NCBI RefSeq assembly: GCF_964355755.1
Contig: NC_092671.1
Location: 30,762,304 to 30,826,303 of the forward strand
Direction of reading: 5' to 3'
From: Antedon mediterranea
Lineage: Eukaryota > Animalia > Echinodermata
DNA: 64,000 bases
Shown here: piece by piece, positions 1 through 11,975 of the stretch
Numbering within the stretch: the stretch's first letter is position 1
Layout of the letters: each line of letters opens with the position of its first letter
Notes under the pieces: model-generated
Told to the model about the DNA's origin: nothing
Seen by the model: only the letters and a program-made list of their open reading frames with translations
The model's database searches: none
Translations under genes and position numbers: made by a program

Positions 1-259
1 TATTAATTTTATTGTGTAAAAATAATTAAACAATAATCAAATGCATTCTATTCATTTAAAAAAAAGTTATTCTCCACTCCTCGTCAGATCCTGCCTATGT
101 CCCTGTATAATACGACTATAAGTATAATGGAATGTAATCTTCACACAGTCACAGTAATCTTTCCGTTTCAGCAACATTAAAACACATACATTAAAAGTAA
201 TATTAACAGCATGTAAAATTAAATAATGTAAAATGTACTGTAAAACTAAACAATTAATT

Positions 260-529
260 ACCAATAGCTTGCTTCCTTATTTTGTAAAAAGTTGACCGGC
301 CAATACCATTTACTAACATCCATGCTTTTGCACAAACTTTGTTAGCACCAACTAGTAGACAGATTTTGGTGGCACCTCCGGATGTGCTGAGATGTTCATT
401 GAAATATTTAAGAATCCAACAGCGTTGTTCATATTCGGTCATTGCTTGAAAAGCTTCCCTTGTTTGTTTTATTTCTCTAAAATTTAGCATACCAATGCAC
501 ATTAACGCACAACAGCAGGTCAAATACAA
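260..529 (-). pseudogene. Exon of a Sola-like DNA transposase N-terminal Cys-rich region
   Basis: Peptide CCC..C....IKQTREAFQAMTEYEQRCWIL...KVCAKAWMLVNGIGRSTFY follows the C-x-C...R..F.....Q..WI...VC..AW....GI pattern I associate with Sola-type transposases. The frame runs into a splice-donor-like G|GTAATT near 260. Family assignment is by eye. Confidence 0.45.
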
Positions 530-2555
530 GTTGTGTATTGGCTGTAGGTGATTCCTTTTCCTTTTTTTTTACAGAAAGAATAAACAAAATAACAATTATA
601 TGGTACCAATTGCGGAAAATGTGATCAGTCAATACGGTTTCAGAAGTTTTGGAGGTTACGTAAAACTAGGTGACTAATTCGCATTAATATATAGATACTT
701 TTAATTCTTTGACAAACAATTTTTTTTTCGGTTCAGATAATTTCAATTTTCGAGTGTTCAATTACAGGTTGTGCAGGTGCCTTGTTCATTAGACAGTTGT
801 ACCTATTTACATACCATACAGACATAACATTAGAACCTGACCATAGAATCAGACACAAATGGAAACAACCAGCAATGTCCATATCTTTTAGGTACAGCAC
901 AACCATCAACATCAAGCACTATTTAATAAAAGTAGTTTTAAAAATTAATGACATATCAAACTTACCACTACGCTTACTTGTGTGATTAGAGATTTTAATC
1001 TCATCATCACTTGATCCAGATGAATTAAGGTAATTAGTTTCTACAGTCTCTAGGCCTCCTGTATTTCTCTTGCAGGCTAAATAAAAATATAGTAGTTTAA
1101 TATTTATAGCAGCCTATGCAACATACATGTACACAGTAATTCTTCATTTGGGGTAACTGGTGATTGATAGCAGACATTTTCAAATTTTGGATAGTGGAAG
1201 ATAATATTTTGATCCAGGAGCTATAGGCTTTATGGGAGGTTATTACCATTTATCCTTTTTTTTTCACCATTATTCTCATCGTTATTAATAATGAGGTTTT
1301 TGTTATTTCTGAAGAATGCACCTTTGTAATTATTAAGTATGCTAATGATTTAAAGGTGTAGTAGGGAAGTAAATCTAAATAAATAAACTAGCCTCTATAG
1401 AGGATACTAATATCTACTAGCTAGTAGTAGTAGTAGTAGTATTATTAGGCTGGCTGCTTAAAAGGTAATTCCCTATCCAAGCCTAGATGAAGTTTTGTAT
1501 AAAGTTGGTAGGAGCCCTACTAAGAAAGGTTAGCAAAAGCTCATGGTTAATGTTATTGCTACTGACCTGCTGATATGTCATCATCGGAAGTATCGACATC
1601 GGAAGTATCGACATCTGTTGTAGAAACCTCCATGCTTTTCTCTCTGCTGCTGGAGGAACTTTGGTAGTTGTTACTAGACAAACAGAGTCTATGTTGTAAT
1701 CAGAAAATGTGCAATTTAAACTATTATCATAGAAATAATTAGATACATTTATTGTTTAAAAGGGACTGCTAATTTCAATTTTTTATTTTATGATTCCAGA
1801 TCAATTATTTATTTTACATATCAAAATAATTTCTTTTTTTTCCAGTCAAAAACCCCTGCCAAGGGGACATTATTTTGTTCCTGAAGCCTTAATAGGGGTT
1901 ATACTGAACGTAACTAGAGGTGGTCCAGTGAAATAGAAAACGTTAACAATGCAAACTTTTTTGTTAAGAACAATCTCAACGCACACAATTGTGTTATAAG
2001 TACGGAAAGGTAAATCAACACAAAAAAAACTATACTCAACGATAAATGTCCCAATCGAATACGACATTGCTACCTCCCAGATCGGGCCCATAAAAACATA
2101 GGGATAGGCCTAGAGGCGGCCTCTACTCTAACCTAGTAAATAACTACATAACATGTCATTGTATTGTTAAAGTTACTGACCTGCTGACTCTGTCGGTATG
2201 TCATCATCAGAAGTATCGACATCTGTTGTAGAAACCTCCCATGCTTTTCTCTTTGCTGCTGGAGGAACTTCGGTAGTCGAAATCCCAGTAGGTGACCCTT
2301 CTGTATCATCAACAGCAGAACATCCATTATTGATTGATTGAATTGAACCGTTCCCACGTACAATTAGGCCTACTTCATCATCTTCACTTGAAGAATAGTA
2401 AAGCATACGCTCAGTTGGATAAGCAGTGCTGTGTGTTGTTGTTACTTGACAAACAGATTCTGTATCGTAATCAGAAAATTTGCAATTTGATTAAATTATT
2501 ATCATACATAATTAATTAGATATTAAATCAAGAATGATTCCACCGAAATTTTGAG

Positions 2556-2807
2556 TTAAAATAACGATAGTGAAGCATATGAATAGGCAAACTGCCTAAA
2601 AATTGACATGTTTTGAGAAACTATTCTCATCTTCCACCAGAACAGAAAACAACGCCTAGGCTTAAGATTACTTATATACCAATAGGACAGGTTGTATGTA
2701 AATGAGGAAGTAATTAGCATGATAAAACAACAAGGAATGTAGGCAACAAACAATCATATGGCAAGCGTGACGCCTATTCATCAAATGCCTCACTATCGTT
2801 ATTTTAA
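2556..2807. mobile_element. Small MITE, ~30-bp TIRs bounded by TTAA
   Basis: ttaa-aataacgatagtgaagcatatgaataggc (2556) is inverted at gcctattcatcaaatgcctcactatcgttatt-ttaa (ends 2807). Confidence 0.7.
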
Positions 2808-3053
2808 ATAATTAATTATATGCCACACATGGTAAAATATTATTGAAAATGTGTATGTTTGATCTCTTCTTTGGGACACCCTTTCCCACAAACAAGTGGA
2901 TATAGGCCTATTAAGGGGGCCGGCACACATTTTGAGTGTACCTGGCAAATGGTTGATTACCCCTATATTAAGTTTTTTCTATCCCAAACACAGTACAGTA
3001 CTACATACTAAAATTTCCATAGGAATAGGCCTAGGCTAGAGCCTATCTCTAGC

Positions 3054-4679
3054 GGATTACGGTCGAAGCGGCCGCCAACCAAAGCGGCCGCTAGTTCAAT
3101 AACGGTAATTTGTATGGAACGCCGTGTGCGCTTTGATTGTCGTTGTTTTGTAATTTTTGATTGTCATTGTTTCGATCCACAGGTTTTCTTTTCCTCGGAC
3201 GTAAATAACAACCTACATTATTAATATTATGTAATATATTCTCTTTTTTTACAGATTGAATGTGATACGTTCTTTTAAACGAAATGGCGAATCGATGATT
3301 ACTTACTTTAACTGTTCTAAATGATATATATGTTTAATAAAGTCAATAAAAAACATTCTGGTGTTTTTATTGTATAATAATATATAATAAGCCAATTATT
3401 AAGAATAATATATATATTTTTTCAATAAAGTATATCAAAATATATATATTTGTTATTGTATATTAATATATTAGTAAAGTAACTACTGTAAGTAGTACGT
3501 GTTCGCAAACATAATTTAATGACAATAACATGATGACATCAATTTATTTATTTAATATCCTAAATTGTTTTATACCTTCAGATATATAAATATTGATCAA
3601 TTTAAAATGAGTTTTAAATAATAAAATAAGATGCAAGTGTCTGTACGGTACGGTAATTAATTACGCGAATTGCGGCTAATAACTCGACTGGCGGCCGGCC
3701 GGCCAGGAATAGTGCTGTAGAAGGTCACGTTTTCGTCTTCACGTTGCTTTATTGAAAACACAAACAATGTATTACAATGGAATAACAGTTAAATGTATAA
3801 CACACCCTATTACTATTCAATAAAAACAAGTTCGATAGTACAGTGTAAACGAGATATAAAAATTTGGCAATACCGTACGTAACTTATTATTGCAATACTG
3901 TATAAAGATTCGATGTAAATGAGATATAAAGATTCGGCAATACCGTACGTAAATTATTAATGCAATACTGTATAAAGATTCGATTTAAATGAGATATAAA
4001 TATTCGGCAATACCGTACGTAAATTATTATTGCAATACTGTATAAAGATTCGATGTAAATGAGATATAAAGATTCGGCAATACCGTACGTAAATTATTAA
4101 TGCAATACTGTATAAAGACTCGATAGTATGTAAATGAGATATAAAGATTCGGCAATACCTTAGTACGTAAATTATTATTGCAATACTGTAAAAAGATTCT
4201 ATGAGATAATTAAGGATTCAGCAATACCGTACGTAAATTATTATTGCAATACTGTATAAGGATTCGATAGTATGTAAATGAGATATAAATATTCGGCAAT
4301 ACCGTGCGTAGATTATTAATGCAATACTGTATAAAGATTCGATAGGAGAGTGCTCAAGAAACGTCGGGTCAACGTAAATTATTAATGATTCGATAGTATA
4401 TGTAAATATATTTAGTTAGTTAATATTAAAATACAAATAAAATATACATTGATTTATCGGCAGGCAAACTTAATTATTATAGAAATATAAAGATTCGATA
4501 GTACATGATTTGGCTTATATTTATTGGTTTGACCATACATACAATTACTGTAACTCAACTCGCCATAGGCCATGGCGTTGACAACGACAATCAAAGATTA
4601 AAGCGCACATGGCGTTCCATACAAATGACGATATTAAACTGGCGGCCGCTTTGGTTGGCGGCCGCTTCGACCATACTCC
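3054..4679. mobile_element. Non-autonomous DNA transposon, GG...CC ends, 8-bp TSD TCTCTAGC (Merlin-like)
   Basis: TIRs of ~90 bp (ggattacggtcgaagcggccgccaaccaaagcggccgc... / ...gcggccgctttggttggcggccgcttcgaccatactcc). TCTCTAGC occurs at 3046-3053 and 4680-4687. Confidence 0.85.
3845..4345. repeat. ~70-bp minisatellite, about 7 copies, inside the TIR element
   Basis: gagatataaa recurs at 3851, 3921, 3991 and 4061. Unit is gagatataaagattcggcaataccgtacgtaaattatta.tgcaatactgtataaagattcgatgtaaat. Confidence 0.9.
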
Positions 4680-6338
4680 TCTCTAGCTAGGCTTAGTAAT
4701 AAGTAATATTTACTAGGCCCAGGCCTAGGGCCTAGTACTAGTAGTAGTAAATAACTAGGCCTCTAGCTAGGCCTAGGCTAGGCCTACCTAGGTATGAACA
4801 TTCATTGTTGTAGGCTAGGCTAGGCCTATATTGTATTGTTACTCACCTGCTGCTGCTGACTCTGTCTGTATGTCATCATCAGAAGTATCGAAATCTGTTG
4901 AAGAAACCTCCCATGCTTTTCTCTTTGCTGCTGGAAGAACTTCGGTAGTCGGAAGAACTTCGGTAGTCGAAATCCCAGTAGGCGACCCTTCTGTATCATC
5001 TACTCCTAGGACTAGGCCTATGCCTAGGCCTTCTTCATCGTCTTCACTTGAAGAATAGTATAGCATACGCTCAGCAGTTGGAACAGGGTGTTCTGTCGTG
5101 CCATCATCAGAAAATGTGATATTCATAATGTTATTATCGTAGAAATATGCATCGTCTTCGCTTGAGTATTGAAGCATTAGCTCAGAGTCGCTTATCATGT
5201 TCATGATTTAACAAATTGATAAAAGAAATGAACAATATACGGTTTTATGTTCATTTAACCGTCATTCGCATCTAATCTTTGGAAAAAGCGCGAACGAATT
5301 TGATTGGCTGCTGCAGCTGATCAACGTTATATTATTTCATGTGACGTCGTCAACGTCCAATGCAATTACAATACTGTACTTTATTCATTTTAAAACAAAC
5401 CGAAATTGTCCACTTTTCCATTACTGAAACTGATTTAGGATCAACCTGAGTTTTCGGCATGTATTGAATATAGGACTATTCCATTATTATTTATAGGGGT
5501 GTTAGTCAATATGTTGGGTTGGGTGTGCCAGGCTTGTTGAGGCTTCTATTGTTCGTGTCATTGTGCCAATTGTTTTGTATTTCACTGTGTTTGATAAAAA
5601 CAAACAAAAAACTGCTGCTATAGTTAGCCTATGTGTCTGTAAATTATATCGTATTTTACACTATATTTATATAGCCTATAGGCCCTAACATGTTTTTTAC
5701 CGTCAACAGTTAAATCATATCATGTTATATTTTACATTTCATGTAATATTATTATATGTTTTTTTTTCTCAACAGCCGAATCAAGTTATATAGCCTCTTA
5801 CAAATAACAAGAAAAAATACATTCAAACGTTATTCACAATAAGGAGAAAACATATACAACTTATTTAATTTATGTTTTAATTTATATCAATCCAAAGGAA
5901 AATTAATGAAACAACGACAATGATGTGGGTATCAGTGGCTGGATCTCAATAGAGATACAAAAAAAAGCGAAAAGCTAAATCAAAACGATAAAGTAAAACA
6001 GCCAGAAAAACAATTTATATAAATACATCCATGTTTGTTTTTTTCTCAACAGTTTATGACTTTAACAAATTCAGTACACTTAAAGGCATAAGATTAAGCA
6101 AAACATACATTGTGTAACATATTTAATTTAAGGTATATATGTTTTATTTCATCGACCCAGTTTTAAGTGTTATTTATTAGTGTCATGTTTGGTTCAACTC
6201 AATGAGTTAGCAATGTTCGTGAGGTTCTCTCTCCAGCTGATCCTGACACAAAAACTAAAATAGTCAGAAATAAAATTGCAGAACTTTCTCTCATGCAACA
6301 CACACTAACCCTTCCCCAGTACAGGATATATAGGGCCT

Positions 6339-6850
6339 ACACTGTTAAAAAAATTCTTATAAAAAAACTGTAAATTACTGGCAATCTGGACGCCAGTAAT
6401 TTACCGTAATGTAGAATTACAGGTACTGTTGAAAATAAATTACTGTAAAACTACAGTAAATTATTGTTGGTCATAAAGTCGGTTGTCTACCGTAATGTAG
6501 AATCACAGGTACTGTTGAAAATAAATTACGGTAAAACTACAAATTACTGTTAACTTGAAAGTCGGATGTCAACTATAACGTAAAATCACAGGTACCGTTT
6601 CTAATAAATTACTACAGTATAATTACTGTTAATCTGAAAGTCTGTTAATGTCAACAATAACGTAAAATCACGGGTACCATAAAACTACGTAAAATTACTG
6701 TCGATTTCAAAGGAAGTGGTCTACCATTAATGTAGAATAATGTTGATAAATAACTGTAAAACTACATTAAAATTACTGTCGATTTCAATGGTCAATGATA
6801 ATGTAAAATCACAGGTACCGTTATTAATAAATTACTGCAAAAGATTCAGT
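6339..6850. repeat. Degenerate ~80-90-bp tandem repeats starting CACTGTTAAAAAA (possible EnSpm/CACTA-type end) nested in the Merlin element
   Basis: accgtaatgtagaat.acaggtactgttgaaaataaattac.gtaaaactaca is repeated (about 6403, 6490, then more diverged copies). No matching second terminus was seen. Confidence 0.55.
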
Positions 6851-6992
6851 GAATTCCAACCAAACAAAATATTACAAAAATATAAATACCATACAAACAA
6901 AATAAATACATGCCAATAATCTTATTTCATGCCTTATATTAAAATGACCATCAAATAAATGGAAGGTTTATTCCAGAGTACATGACCTGGAT

Positions 6993-7178
6993 GTGGTAGA
7001 TGGACACTTAACAGTAAACCACAGTAAGAATGTTGTTGATCCAATAACAGGAGTCCACACTCAAAACATAGAATCCTACTGGAATCGTGAAAAATTAAAG
7101 TTAAAAAGAATAGGTGTAAACGGGAATGGTTACCGGAATACCTTGACGAATTTATGTGGCGAGAAAGATATGGCATAA
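6993..7178 (+). pseudogene. Merlin/ISXO2 DDE transposase C-terminal fragment
   Basis: HLTVNHSKNVVDPITGVHTQNIESYWNREK matches the family motif H.TVNHS..FVDP.TG.HTQ.IES.W...K. Confidence 0.9.
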
Positions 7179-9129
7179 TATAAATTAAACAGATTAAGTA
7201 AGTTAAAATAGTATATGTTCCTTGTGCCTTATTAAATAATGTTAAAGTCTTGTGCCTTATATTTGAATAAAGTTTGAAGAATGTATCTTTCGATCTAACG
7301 ATTTTTTTCTTGTCGTTTGTAGAGGCTATTTGCAACTGTTGAGAAAAAACCAAACATGGATGTATTTATATAAATTAAAACATAAATTGGATATTTTATA
7401 TAAATTAAAACATAAATTAAATAAGATTAAAATGTATATGAATCTTTTTCTTGATCTTTTCTTGTTATTTGTAGAGGCTACTTGATTTAACTGTTGAGTA
7501 AAAAAACATGTTAGGGCCTATAGGCTACTTTATATAGTGTAAAATACGATATAATTTACAGACACATAATAAAAGCTATAGGCTAACTACAGCAGCAGTT
7601 TTTTGTTTGTTTTTATCAAACACAGTGAAATACAAAACAATTGGCACAATGACACGAACAATAGAAGCCTCAACAAGCCTGGCACACCCAACCCAACATA
7701 TTGACTAACACCCCTATAAATAATAATGGAATAGTCCTATATTCAAATACATGCCGAAAACTCGGGTTGATCCCTGATTTAACCTAAAGCCATAGAAATG
7801 TAAACTAAAATATGCGTAGTGCATGAATATAGAGTAACAGTAACATTTTTAGTTTTTAATCTTTCTCAGTTTACTTTTAATAATGCTTTGTTTTTTTACG
7901 TTTTGTTTTATATTTGAAGATATCAAATTTGTCAGTGGTTTGTCATGACAAATTATACTTTTTAAATATTTTTTTAATGGTTTTTATGTATATTTTTTTA
8001 AAAATATAATTATGTTTATTTACTCTTGTTGCACATCTCCCTCATTGAGACTGTGCCTCTGATAAAGAGATAAAAAAAATTCATAACATAATTAACTGTA
8101 CGCCACATTAAATCTTAAAAAAAAAGTTTATATAAACTTTAGATTCTATCATCAAAACACTTCCCCTATTATGATCAAATCATCTTTCATGTAAACTTGG
8201 CCTATTTTTCAGAAATGAATATCCTTATAGTAATACGATGAGTGGTAAGTTCAGAGCTTGGGATTTTTTTAGGAAACAATGAGTTTGAAAGAATCCCAAT
8301 TTGATTGGTCAAAATTATCGCTACTTATACGTCCGCTATAGATGGCGCTTTTTTTCATACAGATAACTACATAAACAGAACACAATTGTTAAAGAATAAT
8401 TAATAATATTAAAGAACCAATTCTTTTAATTATTCCTTGTATAAAAATTGTCCCCATGTATGGCAAGATATTCCTAATTTTATCGTATATCATCTTTAAT
8501 TGTCTGTACACACGAACCATGTTATCTGTATATTTAAATGATTGTTCACACAATTTATTATATCTTATGTATTTTTATTGTTTTACTAAGTTTTATGATT
8601 GAAATGCAGTATAGATAACCAATTCGATAGTGCTTAGCACTCAAGAAAGGAAATTCCCAGGTTGCTTTGTTGCGTTGTTTGACTGCGTGAAAATTTAATA
8701 AAATAATTCTGTTCGATCCTTTTCCTTCATCTATATGGCTTGTGTTTTTGTAATTTCTGTGTGCATGCTATACATGTTGGCTTCGTCTATGAATTTGTTA
8801 CCGATTGGCTATTTCCTTTGATTGTTAATGCGTTGGTGGTTGGTTACAATCAGGCCTGCATATTATTTTTCAAAATTATAACATTTTAAATTTTGTTGTA
8901 AATTGATGCTTTCAATAATGATTGTAGATCATTTTCACTATTTCCAATGAGAATTATATCGTCGGCCAAGAATGAGTCTTTTTATCAATAAAAAATATTA
9001 ATCTCTTTCTCTTTGAAATCTTTTGTAAGTTCATTTATATATAATATTAACAGAATTAGAGAGAGAGAGAGACAGCCTTTGTGTGTTGAAAAAAATGGAT
9101 AATTTTCAATATAAATCCAAATTACTGAA

Positions 9130-9650
9130 AGAAGACAATGCTGTGGGTATCAGTGTGGCTGGGGGTATCAGCGGCTTGATCTTAATAAAGATACAAAATA
9201 ATATAAACAAAAAGCTAAATCTAAACGATACAATTTAAACAACTAGACAAAATTAGCAGAGCTTTCGGGCAAAACTAGCCCTTCATCAGTGTGTAGAAAT
9301 CAAGCGCTGCCTGAGTGGACTGGAATAAAAGAAATAAAACAAAAGAGGCATAATGCTGGTGAAAAGAGTGAGATTAGAAAACAATAAAGATAGCTTGGTA
9401 TATATAAACAATTTAGAAATATGTTCCTAATGTTAAGTCAAAATATTTCGTGGTTTTAAGTAGTAATTCCAAGTGGTTTTCATGGTCTGCCCTGTCGTGA
9501 AAGAACGTCGCAATTGACACATTTTAAAAAAGCTTTTTGGGCAATTTAGGGAATGATACACCTTGTGGTGCATTCGGATTTTCAATTACTTGCAATTATT
9601 GTTCATTCCGGATGATAACAAAAACACGTTTGGTTGATTATCTGAAAATT
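9130..9650 (-). mobile_element. Decayed Penelope-like retroelement 3' end/pLTR
   Basis: Contains the hammerhead core. Segment 9300-9480 is homologous in inverted orientation to 14708-14950. Confidence 0.5.
9255..9295 (-). ncRNA. Minimal type-I hammerhead ribozyme core, Penelope-like element associated
   Basis: Minus strand reads CA-CTGATGA-AGGGC-TAGTTTT-GCCC-GAAA-GC-TC-TG. It has the CUGAnGA and GAAA core boxes, a GGGC/GCCC stem II and a palindromic AGCT stem III. Confidence 0.6.
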
Positions 9651-10099
9651 ATGCAGTATGCAGTTGAGAGGTTATTTCATGACGGGGCAGAAATGTAGGC
9701 TAATAATAATTTGTTTTGCACAATGCATGGTTAATATTAAACATCTTTTTTATGCGAGTCTTCCTTATTACTTTCATTTAAACGAAACACAATTAAGTCA
9801 CCTATGTGCGCTCACTTTGCTTTTTCACTTTGCAATGTTATCGATAACTTTAAACGAAGGGAGCCAACCGAAGCGCACCCGCATCATTTGGACGCAATCA
9901 TAATGGGTTTTTGGACCGATGTCTTATTAACGTTCCCTTTTGTAATGAAAATTATGTATAAAGGGTTTTTTTTCGGACCGACATAAAAGTAAGTCGAGAT
10001 TCATGACATTTTTCGTTCTTTAATTTTTAAATGCCAAGGAGAACTAAATTTAGCAAAAGTATAGTCACGCGAGGGTTTATGAGTGCTATAGGATGCAAG

Positions 10100-11975
10100 T
10101 ACAGCACGTTAGTAAATCAGGAAAGGTATGGATGATTTGTATAATGATATTGTTTGTGCTCTATCTAGTGCCTCCAAAATGTGTTTTAAAAATAAGAAAA
10201 TAAAAAATGGGACCCACATTCCAGGGTGGAATGAAAATGTCGCAGAATGCCATAATGTGGCTAGAGAATCATTCCTTCTATGGGTTAATAATGGAAAGCC
10301 TAAATCTGGTTCATTATTTGAGGCGATGCGTTTTAAATGACAAGATCTCAATTTAAAATGAGTTTACGCTAGTGTAAATCAGAAGAAGAACAGCATAGGG
10401 CTGATTCTATGGTTAAGTCTTTATTAAACAAGGCCAACAGCCATTAAGTCGCGTGCTACAATGCATAGTGATACCGGACCGACAGACAAACAGACCGACA
10501 GACAGACGGACCGACCGACATAGTGAACTATACTGACCGAAATTACTGAACATGTTTACAAATGTTGAAATGTTTAAAAACATTTATATTTTTTTAATTT
10601 ACACGTGCGTAGCCTGTCACTTTTGACGTGCTCGTATAACGTAATTTCGAGTTGAAAAGTAAGTCAAGAAAACAGAAATCGGGCAAAAAGAGTGCGCAAT
10701 AACATTTAACGCGCAGTGCGCGCACAAAAATTTGCGCACTCATGGCAATTTTGTAAACGCTTAAAATTTCTTGAAACGTACGTCTCTTATTTCATCGAAA
10801 ATAAATTTTGAAAATTTTAAGCGCGCGTACGCATGCGTTACATGCACTACGCACGTAATTGTATTGCCATATGATGATTTATGCCCTGAAATTTATGAGT
10901 ACCAAATTTTATTTAATTGTGATTTATGGTTGTTAAGATATGATTACAAACGTGATTTCGTTAAATCGTGCGTAGACCGCGTACTTTTTTATTGCGCACC
11001 GTGAAAACATAACCACATCGATTCCTGGCCATAAGGAATATTCTGTGAAAAATTGACTTAGCTAGATTAAACTGATATCAAGATAAGGTCATAAAGCGAT
11101 AAAACGCATAGTGATACCGGACCGACAGACAGACCGACAGACAGACCGACAGACAGACCGACCGACCGACATAGTGAACTATAGAGTCGCTTCCACGCGA
11201 CTAAAAATGATTATGCTGATTTGTGGAAAAGGTTTATAAGTCTAAATCATGTACTCCTGTTCTTACTTCTTCTTTCTTGGAAATTTAAGAAATACTTACA
11301 GAATCTTTGGATAATGTTAATGGTGAATATGATAATTATAAGTAACCACTGGGCAGCTCATTTTGAGGAGCTGTTTAATTGTGTTCATAATGATAGTAAT
11401 AAGGATTATGTTCACAGTATACTTGTTAATTGTAATGATGATTGTGGTTGTGAGGTAAATGTCCAACAGGTAGCGGGCATTATTAAAGATTTATCTAGTG
11501 ATAAATTGTTCCGATTTTAAAATCTAAATCAGGTGATATTACGAGTAAAAGCAATTAGGCCTATAGCTTTAGCTAGTGTGGTATCTAAGGTACTAGAATT
11601 TGTATTAATTAAATTGTCCGGAGATAGCCTTAAGTCATCTGACCATCAGTTTGCGTTTAAATCGGGTCACTCCACAGATACATGTATATTAATCTTAAAA
11701 CAAGTTGTTGCATTTTATAGTCGGCAAAATAGCCCTGTATATGCTTGCTTTCTTGATGCCTCTAAGGCATATGACAGATTAAATAACTGGACTCTTTTTT
11801 TAAAAATTGTTAAACAGAAAGATGCCAACCGCAATTGTAAAATTGTTATCGTGTTGGTACTCACAGCAACAGTTTTGTATTAAATGGGGAAGATCTATCT
11901 CCCGATAGTTCTATGTAAGAAACGGAGTGCGACAGGGTGGAATCATGTATCCGTTACTGTATAATGTTTACATTT
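10100..11975 (+). mobile_element. Decayed non-LTR retrotransposon (CR1/L2/Daphne-like) reverse-transcriptase ORF
   Basis: Motifs IPGWNENV...H..ARESFLLW...GKPKSG, IRPIALASVVSKVLE, QFAFKSGHSTDTCI, CFLDASKAYDRLN and GVRQGG occur in order, with stops and frameshifts. Confidence 0.9.
10426..11207 (-). mobile_element. Non-autonomous Helentron/DINE-like element inserted in the LINE
   Basis: Minus strand begins TTTTTAGTCGCGTGGAAGCGACTCTATAG and ends CTTGTT. Sub-terminal inverted repeats are agtcgcgtg (10447) and cacgcgact (11194), with GACA/GACC microsatellites. The LINE peptide resumes across it (RADSMVKSLL / NDYADLWKR). Confidence 0.75.

Larger units (their letters stand above)
1561..5204 (-). pseudogene. 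Three diverged copies of an acidic, NLS-like exon (about 1561-1700, 2173-2480, 4839-5204)
   Basis: ORFs 2173-2406 and 4839-5204 share YYSSSEDDE...DDTEGSPTGISTTEV.PAAKRKAWEVS.TD.DTSDDDI.TESA. A third partial copy lies at 1561-1670. Each ends in GCAG|GT(C/G)AGT on the minus strand. Confidence 0.65.
5438..7773 (+). mobile_element. Internally deleted Merlin (IS1595/ISXO2-like) transposon with long TIRs and 8-bp TSD CTGATTTA
   Basis: Termini are ggatcaacc...ggttgatcc. The inverted arms are near-identical for ~200 bp and recognisable to ~600 bp. CTGATTTA occurs at 5430-5437 and 7774-7781, and a transposase remnant lies inside. Confidence 0.9.

Noticed and set aside
4680-4830. TAGGC/TAGGCCTA-rich patch as a displaced IGS fragment
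   Set aside because: Only simple-sequence similarity with no IGS core sequence; the motif is scattered throughout the flank.
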